A stretch of 64,000 nucleotides of DNA, taken from assembly GCA_964355645.1 (NCBI GenBank), contig CAYHDI010000002.1, positions 92,522-156,521 of the forward strand, given 5' to 3'. The position numbers were made by a program, and so were the translations under genes. This DNA comes from an uncultured Candidatus Saccharibacteria bacterium. Lineage in GTDB: Bacteria; Patescibacteriota; Minisyncoccia; Phycocordibacterales; Zambryskibacteraceae. Under the pieces are notes generated by a model. The model did not search any database. It was not told the origin of the DNA and saw nothing but the letters and a program-made list of their open reading frames with translations. Below are positions 37,835 through 48,718 of the stretch, piece after piece; within the stretch, counting starts at the first letter, position 1, and the number at the start of each line of letters is the position of its first letter.

Positions 37835-39634
37835 TTATTGAAGTATGGCTTTGATTCTTCGTACTCCCGCAGAGACTGCTTCTTCTTTAGTAATCTTGAA
37901 AGTTTCTAATTCGGAAGTGTTTGTGATGTGTGGTCCACCACAAAATTCTTTGGACCATGCTGACTCAAGCGAATCACCAATATAATAAATTGAGACTTGG
38001 TCAGGATATTTCTGATCGAAGAAATGTCTGGCCCCGGTCTTCTCCGCTTCAGCTTTGTCCAACACCGAGTGTTGGACAGGCACAGCGTCTTTAATTTTCT
38101 GGTTCACTATATCTTCAACCTTTTGCTTTTCTTCATCAGTTAGTTTGCGAGGAAAAGAAAAATCGAAGCGCAATCTTTCGGTGTTTATATTCGAGCCTTT
38201 TTGCCCAACCTCATCCCCTAAAACATCATGCAGGGCTTGGTGAAGCATGTGCGTCGCAGTATGGTATTTAATCTCAATGTCTGAATGTCCAGCCAATCCC
38301 CCTTTGAATTTCTGCTCAGCACCTGCACGAGACAAATTTTGATGAGCTTTAAATTTCTCTTGAAAATCACTTTCATTTATTTGAATCCCTTTTTCTTTGG
38401 CCAATTCTTTGGTTAGTTCAAAAGGAAAACCGTATGTAGTGAATAGAGCGAAAGCATCTGTGCCTCTCTCGAATTCTTTTAATCCGGCTTTCAGCGTTTC
38501 TCTAAATTTGTTTTCTTCGTTCATCACAACATCATGAATAAGCGCACGCTTCGCTTCAAGCTCTGGATATACAGATAAACAAGCGTTGATAACACCTTGA
38601 GTAGCCAAATATCCAAGTTCCTGATTTCTGATGTTTAATCTATCTGCGTTCAAAACTGCTCGTCGCAAGAGACGACGCAAGACATAACCTCGATCAGTGT
38701 TTGAAGGTAAAACTCCATCAGCAATCATAAAGACGGCTGCCCGAAGATGGTCCGCTACAATTCTTTTATATTTAGCTTCATTTTCGGGTGTAAGATTTTT
38801 CTTCTCGTAAATTTGTGAATCTATTTCAGAAAAAATATGTTCAAAGATGTCTGTATCATAAGCAGTTTTCTTGCCTTGCATGACCGTGGTCATTCTTTCT
38901 AAGCCAGCACCGGTATCTACATTTTTGTTTTTTAATTTGCCGATTACTTTTCCATCTTTCTTTTCGTATTCCATAAACACATCATTCCAGATCTCAACAA
39001 CTGTTTCTGCCTTTACTGCTTTCAAAAAATCATCATGAGACAAATCACCCAGACTGTTTCCAGTCAGGTCATAAAACATTTCAGTGTCTGGACCGCATGG
39101 ACCATCATCCCCAGCGCTCCACCAGTTGTCTTCGGCTCCAAGAAAATAAATTCTATTTTCTGGTATTCCGGTTTTTTTCCAGATTTCTGCTGATTCGATA
39201 TCCTTTGGAGCGTTTTCATCTCCTTCAAAACAAGTTATATAAAGATTGTTTTTATCAAGACCAAGGCCTTCTTCCTTATTGGTCAAAAATTCAAAGCTCC
39301 AGGGAATCGCTTCTTCTTTAAAATAATCTCCCAGAGACCAATTCCCCATCATTTCGAAAAAGGTCAGGTGCCTGTTGTCGCCCACATCATCAATATCTCC
39401 AGTCCGAATACATTTTTGAATATTAACCAATCTCTTCCCTTCCGGATGCTCCTGTCCTAAGAGATAAGGTATGAGCGGCTGCATTCCAGCACTGTTAAAA
39501 AGAGTCTTTTGAGTCGCAGACACTTCCGCAGGAATAAGCGAGGCCGAAGGAATTTCCGCATGTCCTCTTTTGACAAAAAAATCTATAAACCTACGACGAA
39601 TTTCAGCTGAATTCATAGGTAGAATATAACACAA
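37835..39634 (-). CDS. alaS: Alanine--tRNA ligase, short form lacking the C-Ala domain (599 aa). Start likely MNSAEIRRRF
   Basis: RRRFIDFFVKRGH..., FNSAGMQP, and editing-domain HTATHMLHQALH. Confidence 0.85.
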   Translation of the reverse strand: MCYILPMNSAEIRRRFIDFFVKRGHAEIPSASLIPAEVSATQKTLFNSAGMQPLIPYLLGQEHPEGKRLVNIQKCIRTGDIDDVGDNRHLTFFEMMGNWSLGDYFKEEAIPWSFEFLTNKEEGLGLDKNNLYITCFEGDENAPKDIESAEIWKKTGIPENRIYFLGAEDNWWSAGDDGPCGPDTEMFYDLTGNSLGDLSHDDFLKAVKAETVVEIWNDVFMEYEKKDGKVIGKLKNKNVDTGAGLERMTTVMQGKKTAYDTDIFEHIFSEIDSQIYEKKNLTPENEAKYKRIVADHLRAAVFMIADGVLPSNTDRGYVLRRLLRRAVLNADRLNIRNQELGYLATQGVINACLSVYPELEAKRALIHDVVMNEENKFRETLKAGLKEFERGTDAFALFTTYGFPFELTKELAKEKGIQINESDFQEKFKAHQNLSRAGAEQKFKGGLAGHSDIEIKYHTATHMLHQALHDVLGDEVGQKGSNINTERLRFDFSFPRKLTDEEKQKVEDIVNQKIKDAVPVQHSVLDKAEAEKTGARHFFDQKYPDQVSIYYIGDSLESAWSKEFCGGPHITNTSELETFKITKEEAVSAGVRRIKAILQ

Positions 39635-40231
39635 TTAGATTAAGGTTTTCAGTACCTTGAAATCTTCCATTAAGGTTTCCTTGGTATGCTGATTATAAAT
39701 GGCCACTGCGGGATGATAGAGGGGTACCACTTTCACTTTCTCACCAGAGATCTCAGTTTCGAAAACTTTACCGTGTAGTGAGCTAATCGGTCCTAATTCA
39801 AAATCTAATCTATAGCGATTCATGATGTATTGCATCGAGAAGCGTCCAAGAGTAGCTAGTACTTTCGGTTTAATGATTTCAATTTGCCTATCAAGAAACG
39901 GCGCATAAATTTCTATTTCCTCGGGCAATGGGTCACGATTCTTCGGGGGGCGGTCTTTCACAATATTCGTGATATATACCGATTCACGAGGAATTTTAAT
40001 CGAGGCCAGAAATTCATCCAAGAGTTTTCCTGAACGACCGCAGAATGGTCGGCCTGTTTTCGCTTCGTTTTCCCCAGGTGCTTCACCAATAAACATAATC
40101 TGAGCGAAATGGTCTCCTTCGCCTATCACTGGGAAAACATTATTTTTTATTCTTTCAGCGTACAAAGGTGAAGCCTCAAGCTTCAGTACCTCCTCTTTTA
40201 TTTGTTTTAATTTCTCCGTTCGATCGTCCAT
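39635..40231 (-). CDS. Uracil-DNA glycosylase, family 4
   Basis: GEAPGENEAKTGRPFCGRSGKLL. Confidence 0.8.
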   Translation of the reverse strand: MDDRTEKLKQIKEEVLKLEASPLYAERIKNNVFPVIGEGDHFAQIMFIGEAPGENEAKTGRPFCGRSGKLLDEFLASIKIPRESVYITNIVKDRPPKNRDPLPEEIEIYAPFLDRQIEIIKPKVLATLGRFSMQYIMNRYRLDFELGPISSLHGKVFETEISGEKVKVVPLYHPAVAIYNQHTKETLMEDFKVLKTLI

Positions 40232-40236
40232 TAAGA

Positions 40237-40707
40237 TTATGAATCAGATTTTCGCAAACCGTTTCTGGTAATTTTGTGTTCAAGAAACCAAAGAATGGTG
40301 AAAGCGAAAAGAGTGACCACTGTAGTGAAAAATGCAATTGAAATAAAACCATACCCGACCGCTGCTCCTATCCCAGCCGTAATCCAAAGCCCAGCGGCGG
40401 TGGTAATACCTGAGGCATGGTCATGATTGTGTTCGTGATTATGTAGAATCGCTCCCCCACCAATAAATCCAATACCCATAATAAGTCCTTGGAGTACATA
40501 CATGAGTCCGGGTGATCCGGGATCAAGGACTGGAGCCATCATTTGACTAAGAACAACAAACAAACACGCACCCATAGAAACTAAACCGTAAGTTCTCATC
40601 CCGGCCGGCTTGCCAGCAAACGAACGTTCAATTCCTAAAAGTACACCCAAAAACAAAGCTACAAGAATTTGAAAATAAACCGAATGAACAAAAATTGTTG
40701 TAGTCAT
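40237..40707 (-). CDS. mgtC: MgtC/SapB family membrane protein
   Basis: LGIERSFAGKPAGMRTYGLVSMGA. Confidence 0.8.
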   Translation of the reverse strand: MTTTIFVHSVYFQILVALFLGVLLGIERSFAGKPAGMRTYGLVSMGACLFVVLSQMMAPVLDPGSPGLMYVLQGLIMGIGFIGGGAILHNHEHNHDHASGITTAAGLWITAGIGAAVGYGFISIAFFTTVVTLFAFTILWFLEHKITRNGLRKSDS

Positions 40708-40708
40708 A

Positions 40709-41413
40709 TTAAATTTCTTTTATTTTTAAAATTTCAAGAAGCCTCGGACTCGATTCAATCATGTCTTGAAGATTGCCGTGTTCCGGATAGTTCCATCCTA
40801 TCATAGTCAATTTTTGACACTCACCATAGTGAATAGCTGTGGATGAAAATTTAGTATTAGTAATAAGCCATCCTTCAGTTAATTTTCTATCCTTGCCTCC
40901 AAAGTTAAAGACGCTTTCTCTCAAATCATCAAAACGAGCCTTCACATACAAAACTACTTTTAAATCTGATTTGATACCAAGCTCGTTGTGAAATTTGGCC
41001 TCAGCCATAATTAATTTCTCATCATTCCAGGCCACTACATCCATCTCATGAGGCACACAAGCTCCGAGCACTTCCTGATCAGTCAAGGTTTCAAAACCTT
41101 TGTCCTTGAAATATTCAGCGATAAATTTCTCAAACGGAAATCCTGTCGGCCCGAGCTCCATGACTGCTCGACGAAGAGCATAGCGCATGGCCACGGGCTC
41201 TTTCCATTTGTGAAGAACATTAAATGCGTGTTTATAAATATCCGTGGTCGTCATTCCATCATGAAGCTCTGGTTCAATATGAATCAAAACATCTTCTACT
41301 GCTTCATCTGTGGCTCCGGAACGAAGCATTGATGAGCGTAGTTTTTCTTCATTAAAAAGTTCTCGTTGCCCGCTCGCTTTGACAACAAATATCTGTTTAT
41401 TCGCTATAGACAT
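40709..41413 (-). CDS. ATP-cone domain fused to a Mrr-like (PD-(D/E)xK) restriction endonuclease domain
   Basis: N-terminal ATP-cone (IFVVKASGQRELFNEEKLRSSMLRSG). C-terminal catalytic core D(VVAW)...x13...EAK. Confidence 0.55.
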   Translation of the reverse strand: MSIANKQIFVVKASGQRELFNEEKLRSSMLRSGATDEAVEDVLIHIEPELHDGMTTTDIYKHAFNVLHKWKEPVAMRYALRRAVMELGPTGFPFEKFIAEYFKDKGFETLTDQEVLGACVPHEMDVVAWNDEKLIMAEAKFHNELGIKSDLKVVLYVKARFDDLRESVFNFGGKDRKLTEGWLITNTKFSSTAIHYGECQKLTMIGWNYPEHGNLQDMIESSPRLLEILKIKEI

Positions 41414-41420
41414 AAAGTTA

Positions 41421-42470
41421 TTATAGCTTAATTTTGTTGATTATTGCTCCACCCAAACATTCTTCTCCATCGTAGAAAACAATAGATTGTCCCGAGGCCA
41501 CCGTTTGAGGTTCGCTAAAAATTACCTTGCCGCCGTCGACCTTTACTTTAAATTTCTTTTGCCTATATCTAATCCTACCCCATAGGTCAGACCTCTGTGG
41601 TTTAGTAATCCAATTAATATCCTTTATTTTAATTTCTCTCGTCGCGTGAGAATTAATTTCTATAGGATTATTTGAGACAGTAATAGTATTGTTCTCCATA
41701 CTCTTTGAGACAACATAAAACGGTTTTGAATTCGTATCTTTTTTTAAAATTTCAAATCCGTGTCTTTCCCCCACAGTGTAGTAGATAGCACCTTTATGTA
41801 GACCAATGATCTCGCCCTTAGTATTCAAAACATCTCCGGATTTAATCTTTAGAAAGTGAGGCAAAAAGGTTTCTAAATCAACATCACCAAGAAAACAAAT
41901 GCCCTGACTATCTTTCTTCTCGGCCACGGAGATTCCAAACTTCTTGGCCAACTTGCGAACTTCTGATTTCTCTAAATGGCCTATCGGGAAAAGTACGTGG
42001 GATAAATCTTCATGAGTCAAAGTCCACAGAAAATAGGACTGATCTTTTTCTTTGTCTTTTCCTTCTTTTAAAACTTTTGACTTTTGACTTTCAACTATCT
42101 GAGCGTAATGCCCCGTGGCAATAAAATTTGCACCCATTTCTTTCGCCTTTTCCCAAAAGATTCCAAATTTTATTTCCCTGTTGCAAAGGACATCTGGATT
42201 CGGAGTTCGACCCGCCTCATATTCTTTAATCATTAAATCTACTACCCCCTTTTTGTATTCGCGAGCAAAATCAAAAAACAAAAAAGGTATATCAAGCTTG
42301 GCTGCTACCCGCATGGCATCTCTGCGTTCGTCTCTCCATGTACAAGGCAGAAAATCAGGACTCCAAACTTTGATAAACACTCCTGTCACATCAAATCCTT
42401 GTTGTTTTAATAAAGCCGCGCTCACGGCCGAATCTACTCCACCGGATAATCCAACAAAGACTTTTTTCAT
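41421..42470 (-). CDS. mnmA: tRNA-specific 2-thiouridylase MnmA
   Basis: PP-loop VGLSGGVDSAV and the C-terminal domain. Confidence 0.9.
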   Translation of the reverse strand: MKKVFVGLSGGVDSAVSAALLKQQGFDVTGVFIKVWSPDFLPCTWRDERRDAMRVAAKLDIPFLFFDFAREYKKGVVDLMIKEYEAGRTPNPDVLCNREIKFGIFWEKAKEMGANFIATGHYAQIVESQKSKVLKEGKDKEKDQSYFLWTLTHEDLSHVLFPIGHLEKSEVRKLAKKFGISVAEKKDSQGICFLGDVDLETFLPHFLKIKSGDVLNTKGEIIGLHKGAIYYTVGERHGFEILKKDTNSKPFYVVSKSMENNTITVSNNPIEINSHATREIKIKDINWITKPQRSDLWGRIRYRQKKFKVKVDGGKVIFSEPQTVASGQSIVFYDGEECLGGAIINKIKL

Positions 42471-43360
42471 TATTTGTTCAAATATAGTGCCCTGTTTGTT
42501 TGATGTTCGTCAAACGTCTTCGCATAATACACCTTTCCCTTTTTATCAGTTAGAAAATAAAGGAATGAAGAAGCCGTAGGGTGGATAGCGGCCACGATAC
42601 TTTCTAATCCAGGATTTGAGATTGGCTCTTTCGGGAAACCTCTGTGATTATATGTTTCTAAAGACGAATCGACTTGTAGGGGCATACCAATTTTTAATCG
42701 TTTCCATAAAATTCCAGAAACAATAGACCTATCCTTGCTTGTGCGAGTTTCTGATTCAATGATTGAGGCCATAATAATGATGTCGTTTAAATTGTGGTTT
42801 GAATTTTTTATTTCTGTGCTCAATTTAAATGTTTTATTATCAAAATTGTTTCTTAAAAGTTTAATAGTAGAGGATGCTGTGGCTCCAACTTCAATGAAAT
42901 AAGTATCGGGGAACAAAAAGCCTTGTGGAGCTAAGGAGAGAAATTCTTGGTGGTCAAATTTTAAAAATCTTTGATCAAACAAGTCGGAAATTTCTTGGTT
43001 CGTAAATCCTTCAGGAATAGTAATCCTGACAGTCTCAATTCCTCGATTAGCTGTGGCAATTCTAAGGGCCACAGTGAAAACATTTTGCTCTCGTTCAAAA
43101 TAATAATCCCCGGCTTTCATCCCCCTTTCTCCACCAACACTGATGGCTGACATTCTAAACCAAAGTGGTGAACGAATGATGTGTTTGGTCTCAAGTTCGT
43201 TCGCCAATTGATCAAGATTTATTCCTTCTTCAACAGTGAAAATACTATTTTTTGGGAAATTGTCTGGAGGAGTAATGAAAAAAACATATGCCGAAATCAA
43301 AATCGCCAGAAAGACAAGTCCCAATGCTTGCCAACCTTTTTTGGTATAAATAATATCCAT
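42470..43360 (-). CDS. mltG: Endolytic murein transglycosylase MltG (YceG-like), short form
   Basis: N-terminal TM and the YceG catalytic region (...TYNHRGFPKEPISNPG). Confidence 0.7.
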   Translation of the reverse strand: MDIIYTKKGWQALGLVFLAILISAYVFFITPPDNFPKNSIFTVEEGINLDQLANELETKHIIRSPLWFRMSAISVGGERGMKAGDYYFEREQNVFTVALRIATANRGIETVRITIPEGFTNQEISDLFDQRFLKFDHQEFLSLAPQGFLFPDTYFIEVGATASSTIKLLRNNFDNKTFKLSTEIKNSNHNLNDIIIMASIIESETRTSKDRSIVSGILWKRLKIGMPLQVDSSLETYNHRGFPKEPISNPGLESIVAAIHPTASSFLYFLTDKKGKVYYAKTFDEHQTNRALYLNK

Positions 43361-43366
43361 TATTGA

Positions 43367-44614
43367 TTAAATCGGAAGATTTGATGGGGCCTCGGCTCGC
43401 TTCGAAGGTACTCGAGCAAGGGTCGGCGTAGCCGCCACGACGTAGCTCGGGAAATGAAACAAAGTGGCCAATTCTTCTGTGGTTAAAATAAACGGTTTAC
43501 CATGATAATTTTTAAAGGGAACATTAAAAAATGATCTGCGTTTATAGGCTTCGAGGAGTTCCTTTTCGTTCTTTCTACGACGACTTCCTTTGAAATCCTG
43601 CCACACATAATCATAAGCCGCTTTATAATCCGGACGAATACCATTCAGAGTTTGAGAATTAAATTGAGCGAAACTTCCGAGAAGTCCACCAATGTTGGCC
43701 ACATTAAATTGATCCTTTTCGGCAAAGTAAGCTCCCCGAATCATAGCATCGAATGGATATTTGGCTGCTGTTCGTTCTATGGCAGCAATCACTTCGGTTT
43801 GGCCTTTAGAAAGGTTAAGAGAAGTGGGATTTTTCTGATCTTCCGTCTTCATGGTCGCCTTTTTGATAATATCTTTGATTTCACTTTCAATTCCCGTTTT
43901 CCAATTTGGTTTAGGAATGATTCTTCCGTGGAGCAAACCCTCCTTGGCATGCGGTTGAATCAAAATTTGAATCCAGGCTTGCTCACCAGCTTTGAGTGAA
44001 CCTAGATATTCGAGGACTGCGACAATCGGATCATGTTTGTATTCTTCCTTGGCATCCTTGTCTAAACCATAATCAATATAAGTTTTAATTGGATAGGCAT
44101 CGGCCTTGGTCAGGGCAAACTGTCCAATCCAACCGAAAGAATATTTTGTAAGGTCGTGGTGCACACCGAGGGCATAATCAGAGACTTCATGTACTTCGAT
44201 ATTCGGGAATTGAGCGTAGAGTTGTGTTTCCACTCGACTTTTAAAATTTTTGTGACACCAAATATAGAAATGAACTTGTCCCCCGAGTGAAACGAGCTCC
44301 AAAGAGAACCAGGGGCGAATTCTGCCTTTCAAGTAGACGTCGAGTAGATTCCCAACACTGGCATTCGTGCCATACAAACTATTCAAAAATAATTCCATTG
44401 AGAGCGGAGATTTAAACATTTCACGCGGAATTTTGATTTCAAGCAGAGCCGAACCTTGAGCGTTTATATATTCTCGCCTTTTGTATTTAATCCAAAATTC
44501 AAGCCAAATCCAAACAAGCGCAAGCGGAATCCAAATCGGGGCGAGAGCCCAAATATAATGCCAAACTTGAAGCGAAACCGGATTATTTAAGAGAGAGATA
44601 AATTGTTCGAGCAT
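43367..44614 (-). CDS. Hypothetical membrane protein (two N-terminal TM helices, large soluble domain)
   Basis: ORF plus hydrophobicity. No recognised domain. Confidence 0.4.
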   Translation of the reverse strand: MLEQFISLLNNPVSLQVWHYIWALAPIWIPLALVWIWLEFWIKYKRREYINAQGSALLEIKIPREMFKSPLSMELFLNSLYGTNASVGNLLDVYLKGRIRPWFSLELVSLGGQVHFYIWCHKNFKSRVETQLYAQFPNIEVHEVSDYALGVHHDLTKYSFGWIGQFALTKADAYPIKTYIDYGLDKDAKEEYKHDPIVAVLEYLGSLKAGEQAWIQILIQPHAKEGLLHGRIIPKPNWKTGIESEIKDIIKKATMKTEDQKNPTSLNLSKGQTEVIAAIERTAAKYPFDAMIRGAYFAEKDQFNVANIGGLLGSFAQFNSQTLNGIRPDYKAAYDYVWQDFKGSRRRKNEKELLEAYKRRSFFNVPFKNYHGKPFILTTEELATLFHFPSYVVAATPTLARVPSKRAEAPSNLPI

Positions 44615-44624
44615 CCCCTACATT

Positions 44625-45662
44625 CTACACGATGTGGTATTTGTTGTCTTTGTCCTTTTTGAAGAACTTGTTGTTTTGGAGATTGACCATAATAGTATTC
44701 TCCTTCACATAGCGTTCTTTCAGAACCTTTTCGATAATTCTATCTTTGGATAGTGGGCCTTCCTTCTCGATGATTTTCTTAATCACATCCTTGACCACCC
44801 CAGACATATAGCCCCATTCAGCGAGAGCGTACAATCCTCGACCAACCAGCACGAAGCGCGGGTCTTTAATCAATTCGTTGTGAGTAGTGGCCACGTGAGC
44901 CTTCTTGTCAAAGTATTGAGAAATAGCTTTGGCCACTTCCTTAAAGTGGATTGGGGAGCCGTGCTTGCGAATCACTAGAAAGGCATAGTCCCTCATTCCT
45001 TTCGCATTAACATTTGAAGACGAAGTTTTTCCCCATTCACCCAAAGGATTCTTGCCTATTTTGTGTGAAATTGAAAGCCAGCGTTTGATGACTTCTTCGT
45101 TCTTGTACTTCTCATTCACCTCCTTGATTTCATCAAGAAAATTGTTTATCAAATCTCCTTCAAGTACTAATTCATCATCAGAAAGCTTGCTATAGAGTTT
45201 GCGAATGGCATTTTGAATTTTCTTGGCCAGTTCGGGATCCACATGCCATCTGTGTTTAAATTCTTCGTCTTCCTTTTCTCGTTTAAATTCTTCTCCGATG
45301 ACTAAAAGAAAATTGATATGATTTTGAGTGGCTGGGTCTTTCGAAAGGTGTTTGAGTAAATCCTTCTCGCTGATGATTCCCCCAAGTTCGAAGATAAGGG
45401 CTTTGAGTTCTGAAAAAATATTTTGAGTATCTTTGTATTCCTTAGATTTTCGAATAGCTATAACCGAATGATTTTCAATCTGACGAACTCGTTCACGAGT
45501 AATACCATATTTCTTGCCTATGGCATCAAGGGTCATCCTGGTAGACTTTGGACCGAGTCCATATCGACTCTCTACCACGTCTCGACCTCGTTTATTCAGA
45601 ATACTAAGCAAGTGCTTGGTGGCCTGTTTTGGTTTAAAACTTAGATTGATTTTTTCGCTCAT
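44625..45662 (-). CDS. Sigma-70 region 4-type HTH protein (sigma-factor-like regulator)
   Basis: TLDAIGKKYGITRERVRQIE matches the sigma-70 region 4 consensus. C-terminal winged-helix-like segment. Confidence 0.5.
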   Translation of the reverse strand: MSEKINLSFKPKQATKHLLSILNKRGRDVVESRYGLGPKSTRMTLDAIGKKYGITRERVRQIENHSVIAIRKSKEYKDTQNIFSELKALIFELGGIISEKDLLKHLSKDPATQNHINFLLVIGEEFKREKEDEEFKHRWHVDPELAKKIQNAIRKLYSKLSDDELVLEGDLINNFLDEIKEVNEKYKNEEVIKRWLSISHKIGKNPLGEWGKTSSSNVNAKGMRDYAFLVIRKHGSPIHFKEVAKAISQYFDKKAHVATTHNELIKDPRFVLVGRGLYALAEWGYMSGVVKDVIKKIIEKEGPLSKDRIIEKVLKERYVKENTIMVNLQNNKFFKKDKDNKYHIV

Positions 45663-45745
45663 AATGGTTTATATGCTATTTGTATCACTTGACGAACTTT
45701 GTGTCAAGTTCCTCCATCCGCCAGCTGGCGGATTCAATTGTTGGA

Positions 45746-48100
45746 CTATACCACAATGTTGACAATTTTGCCAAGGACCACAATGACCTTCTTCGGAGGC
45801 TCCCCACCGAGCCATTTGGCAAGCTCTGGGAGGGCTAAAACAGCCCTCCTGACCTCAGCTTCAGAAGTATCGGTCTTTTGCTTAAAAGTGGTTCGAAGTT
45901 TGCCGTTAACTTGAATTCCAATAATCACTTCCTCATCTTCAATTTGGTTCTCCTCGAAGTCAGGCCAGGACTCAAACACGATGGATTCCTGGTGACCCAA
46001 TTCATTCCACAGTTCTTCAGTGATATGCGGAGCAAACGGATATAAAAGTTTAATGAGAATTTCAAATTCATTTTGAGAAATTTCTGTTTGCTTTTCTAAA
46101 GCGTTCACCAGAATCATCAAAGAAGAAACAGCGGTGTTGAAACCCATAAGTTCAATGTCCTCAGTGACTTTCTTGATTGTTTTGTTAACTAGCGGAGAAG
46201 ATACAACTTTATCGAGAGAAATCTGGTCATGCTTTCCAAGGGAAACATCCGAAGATTTCTTGAGAGGAAGTTGTATCTTATCTTTAATCTTCCAAACTCT
46301 CTCAAGAAATCTTCGCGGACCCACGAGTGAATCCTCGTTCCAACTAATTGCTTGTTCAAACGGCCCCATAAACATTTCATACAAACGAAGCGTGTCTGCG
46401 CCGAAACGATTCACAATATCATCCGGGTTTACTACATTGCCTCTCGATTTGCTCATCTTCTCTCCGTTCTCGGCGAGAATAAATCCGTGCGAGGTTCGTT
46501 TCAAATATGGTTCACTCGTCGGTACTAATCCGAGGTCAAACAAAAATTTATTCCAGAACCTTGAATACAAAAGGTGGAGAGTGGTGTGTTCCATTCCCCC
46601 ATTGTACCAATCCACCGGTGTCCAATGATCGAGTTTATTTCGTGAAGCAAATTCCTTATCATTCTTTGAGTCTGTATAACGCAGGAAATACCAACTTGAA
46701 CCGGCCCAGTTCGGCATAGTGTCTGTCTCGCGTTTCGCTTTGCCTCCGCATAGTGGACACTTGGTGTCCACAAAGCTCGAAATAGAGGCCAAGGGTGATT
46801 CTCCTGTGTCTGTGGGTTCATATTTGGCCACGTCTGGAAGTAGAACCGGCAAATCTTTCTCTGGTACAGGCACCATTCCACATTTTGAGCAATGAATTAC
46901 TGGGATAGGTTCACCCCAATATCGTTGTCTACTAAACACCCAATCACGAAGTTTGAAGGTAGTTTTCTTTTCTCCAAAATCTTCGAAACCTGCAACTTTG
47001 TAATTTTTGACAATTGGCAAATCAAACTTTTCCGCAAACTCCATGTCCCGTTCGTCATCTGCTGGAACAGCCATGATGGCTCCGGTGCCGTAGTGCGGGA
47101 GAACATAGTCTGCAATCCAAATTGGAATTTCTTCTTTCGTAGCCGGATTAATGGCTTTCACTCCTTTTAATTCCACACCAGTTTTTTCTTTGTCCCCTGT
47201 TCGATCAATTTCTGATTTCTTTTTTGTATCTTTAATATAATTTTCAACTTCTTCTTTGTTTTCTACTTTCAGCATTAAACTTTTCACCAATTCATGCTCC
47301 GGCGCCAACACCATATAAGTCGCACCGAAAATCGTATCTGGACGTGTGGTGAAGACTTTCACTTTTGACTTTTCACTTTTGACTTCAAATTCTATTTCCG
47401 CTCCCTCACTCCTCCCTATCCAATTTCTTTGACTTAACTTTACACGTTCAGGGAAATCCACGGTGTCTAAATCTTTGTCCAATCGGTCTGCGTATTTGGT
47501 GATAGCAAGCATCCATTGTTCCTTTTCCTTCTTTTCTACCGGTGTACCACATTTCTCACAACAACCATTTACCACTTCTTCGTTAGCTAAACCAATTTTA
47601 TCATTCGGGCACCAATTGATAGCAATCTTCGCCTTATAAGCCAAACCCTTTTCAAGAAGTTTAAGGAAAATCCACTGCGTCCATTTGTAATACTTTGGAT
47701 CAGTTGTATTCACTTCACGTGACCAATCGAAAGAAAATCCCAACGATTTTAATTGCTTGCGAAAATTATCCGTGTTTTCTTTGGTAATCTCGGCGGGTGG
47801 TCTTCCAGTTTTGATGGCATAACTTTCTGTAGGCAACCCGAAAGCATCCCAACCCATTGGATAAAGTACTTCATAGCCTTCCATTCTTCTCTTCCTTGAG
47901 ATTATGTCCAAAGCTGTATAACTTCTCGCATGTCCAATATGAAGACCATCACCGGATGGATACGGAAATTCTACCAAGGCGTAGTATTTAGGCTTTCCGC
48001 CGGCTGGCGGACGAGTATCACTTGCCTCAAAAAGTTTTTTGTCTTCCCAATATTTCTGCCACTTTGGTTCTATTTGTTTTGGATCGTAATCCTTAGACAT
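45746..48100 (-). CDS. leuS: Leucine--tRNA ligase (short form, 784 aa)
   Basis: HIGH region PYPSGDGLHIGH and KMSKS. Confidence 0.9.
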   Translation of the reverse strand: MSKDYDPKQIEPKWQKYWEDKKLFEASDTRPPAGGKPKYYALVEFPYPSGDGLHIGHARSYTALDIISRKRRMEGYEVLYPMGWDAFGLPTESYAIKTGRPPAEITKENTDNFRKQLKSLGFSFDWSREVNTTDPKYYKWTQWIFLKLLEKGLAYKAKIAINWCPNDKIGLANEEVVNGCCEKCGTPVEKKEKEQWMLAITKYADRLDKDLDTVDFPERVKLSQRNWIGRSEGAEIEFEVKSEKSKVKVFTTRPDTIFGATYMVLAPEHELVKSLMLKVENKEEVENYIKDTKKKSEIDRTGDKEKTGVELKGVKAINPATKEEIPIWIADYVLPHYGTGAIMAVPADDERDMEFAEKFDLPIVKNYKVAGFEDFGEKKTTFKLRDWVFSRQRYWGEPIPVIHCSKCGMVPVPEKDLPVLLPDVAKYEPTDTGESPLASISSFVDTKCPLCGGKAKRETDTMPNWAGSSWYFLRYTDSKNDKEFASRNKLDHWTPVDWYNGGMEHTTLHLLYSRFWNKFLFDLGLVPTSEPYLKRTSHGFILAENGEKMSKSRGNVVNPDDIVNRFGADTLRLYEMFMGPFEQAISWNEDSLVGPRRFLERVWKIKDKIQLPLKKSSDVSLGKHDQISLDKVVSSPLVNKTIKKVTEDIELMGFNTAVSSLMILVNALEKQTEISQNEFEILIKLLYPFAPHITEELWNELGHQESIVFESWPDFEENQIEDEEVIIGIQVNGKLRTTFKQKTDTSEAEVRRAVLALPELAKWLGGEPPKKVIVVLGKIVNIVV

Positions 48101-48623
48101 TGTTTTTAAATTTCTTTATAGCCACCCAAATGAGAATGATGAGGGCTATGAGAAGAATGAGAACTTTAATCAGATTATCAGCCGAAGACCAATATCTCAT
48201 TGAAGCGATGATGAATGAGAATACTCCAGCAAGCGACAAGGATTGCCCGAGCACGAGATTCGACTTCAGATAATTGCCGAGCAGGACACAAAGCGCACCG
48301 AGGATGACAAGGGTGATGAAAACATTTCTATCATAAACTTTCTGAGCTGAATCAAAGTTTTGTCTGCAAGTGAATTGCAAATCACAATAACCACTCGAAT
48401 CAAATTTCTGAGGAGCATAGGCTGTGTTTTCATTCCACTGGCCACCTTTAACTACGCAGGAATCTTTCGTATTCGCTTCTATGATTTGAGCGGTGTTCGG
48501 GCAGTAAACATTAAACTCCGGCTGTTTGTAAATAAGAGAGAGAGCATAATTGAAAAACATATTGAGCACTATCACGATGCCTATAATAAGTGACCAACGG
48601 AGAACTTTTGATTGTGTGTTCAT
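48093..48623 (-). CDS. Hypothetical membrane protein with a Cys-containing extracytoplasmic segment
   Basis: N- and C-terminal TM helices. Confidence 0.4.
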   Translation of the reverse strand: MNTQSKVLRWSLIIGIVIVLNMFFNYALSLIYKQPEFNVYCPNTAQIIEANTKDSCVVKGGQWNENTAYAPQKFDSSGYCDLQFTCRQNFDSAQKVYDRNVFITLVILGALCVLLGNYLKSNLVLGQSLSLAGVFSFIIASMRYWSSADNLIKVLILLIALIILIWVAIKKFKNNV

Positions 48624-48718
48624 ATGTTTATTATATGAAAAAAATGGCTGATTGACAATTATATGATTCAGGAGTAAAAATTTTGTAGATTTCGGCCAAA
48701 CCCAAACCAGGAGCAGAG

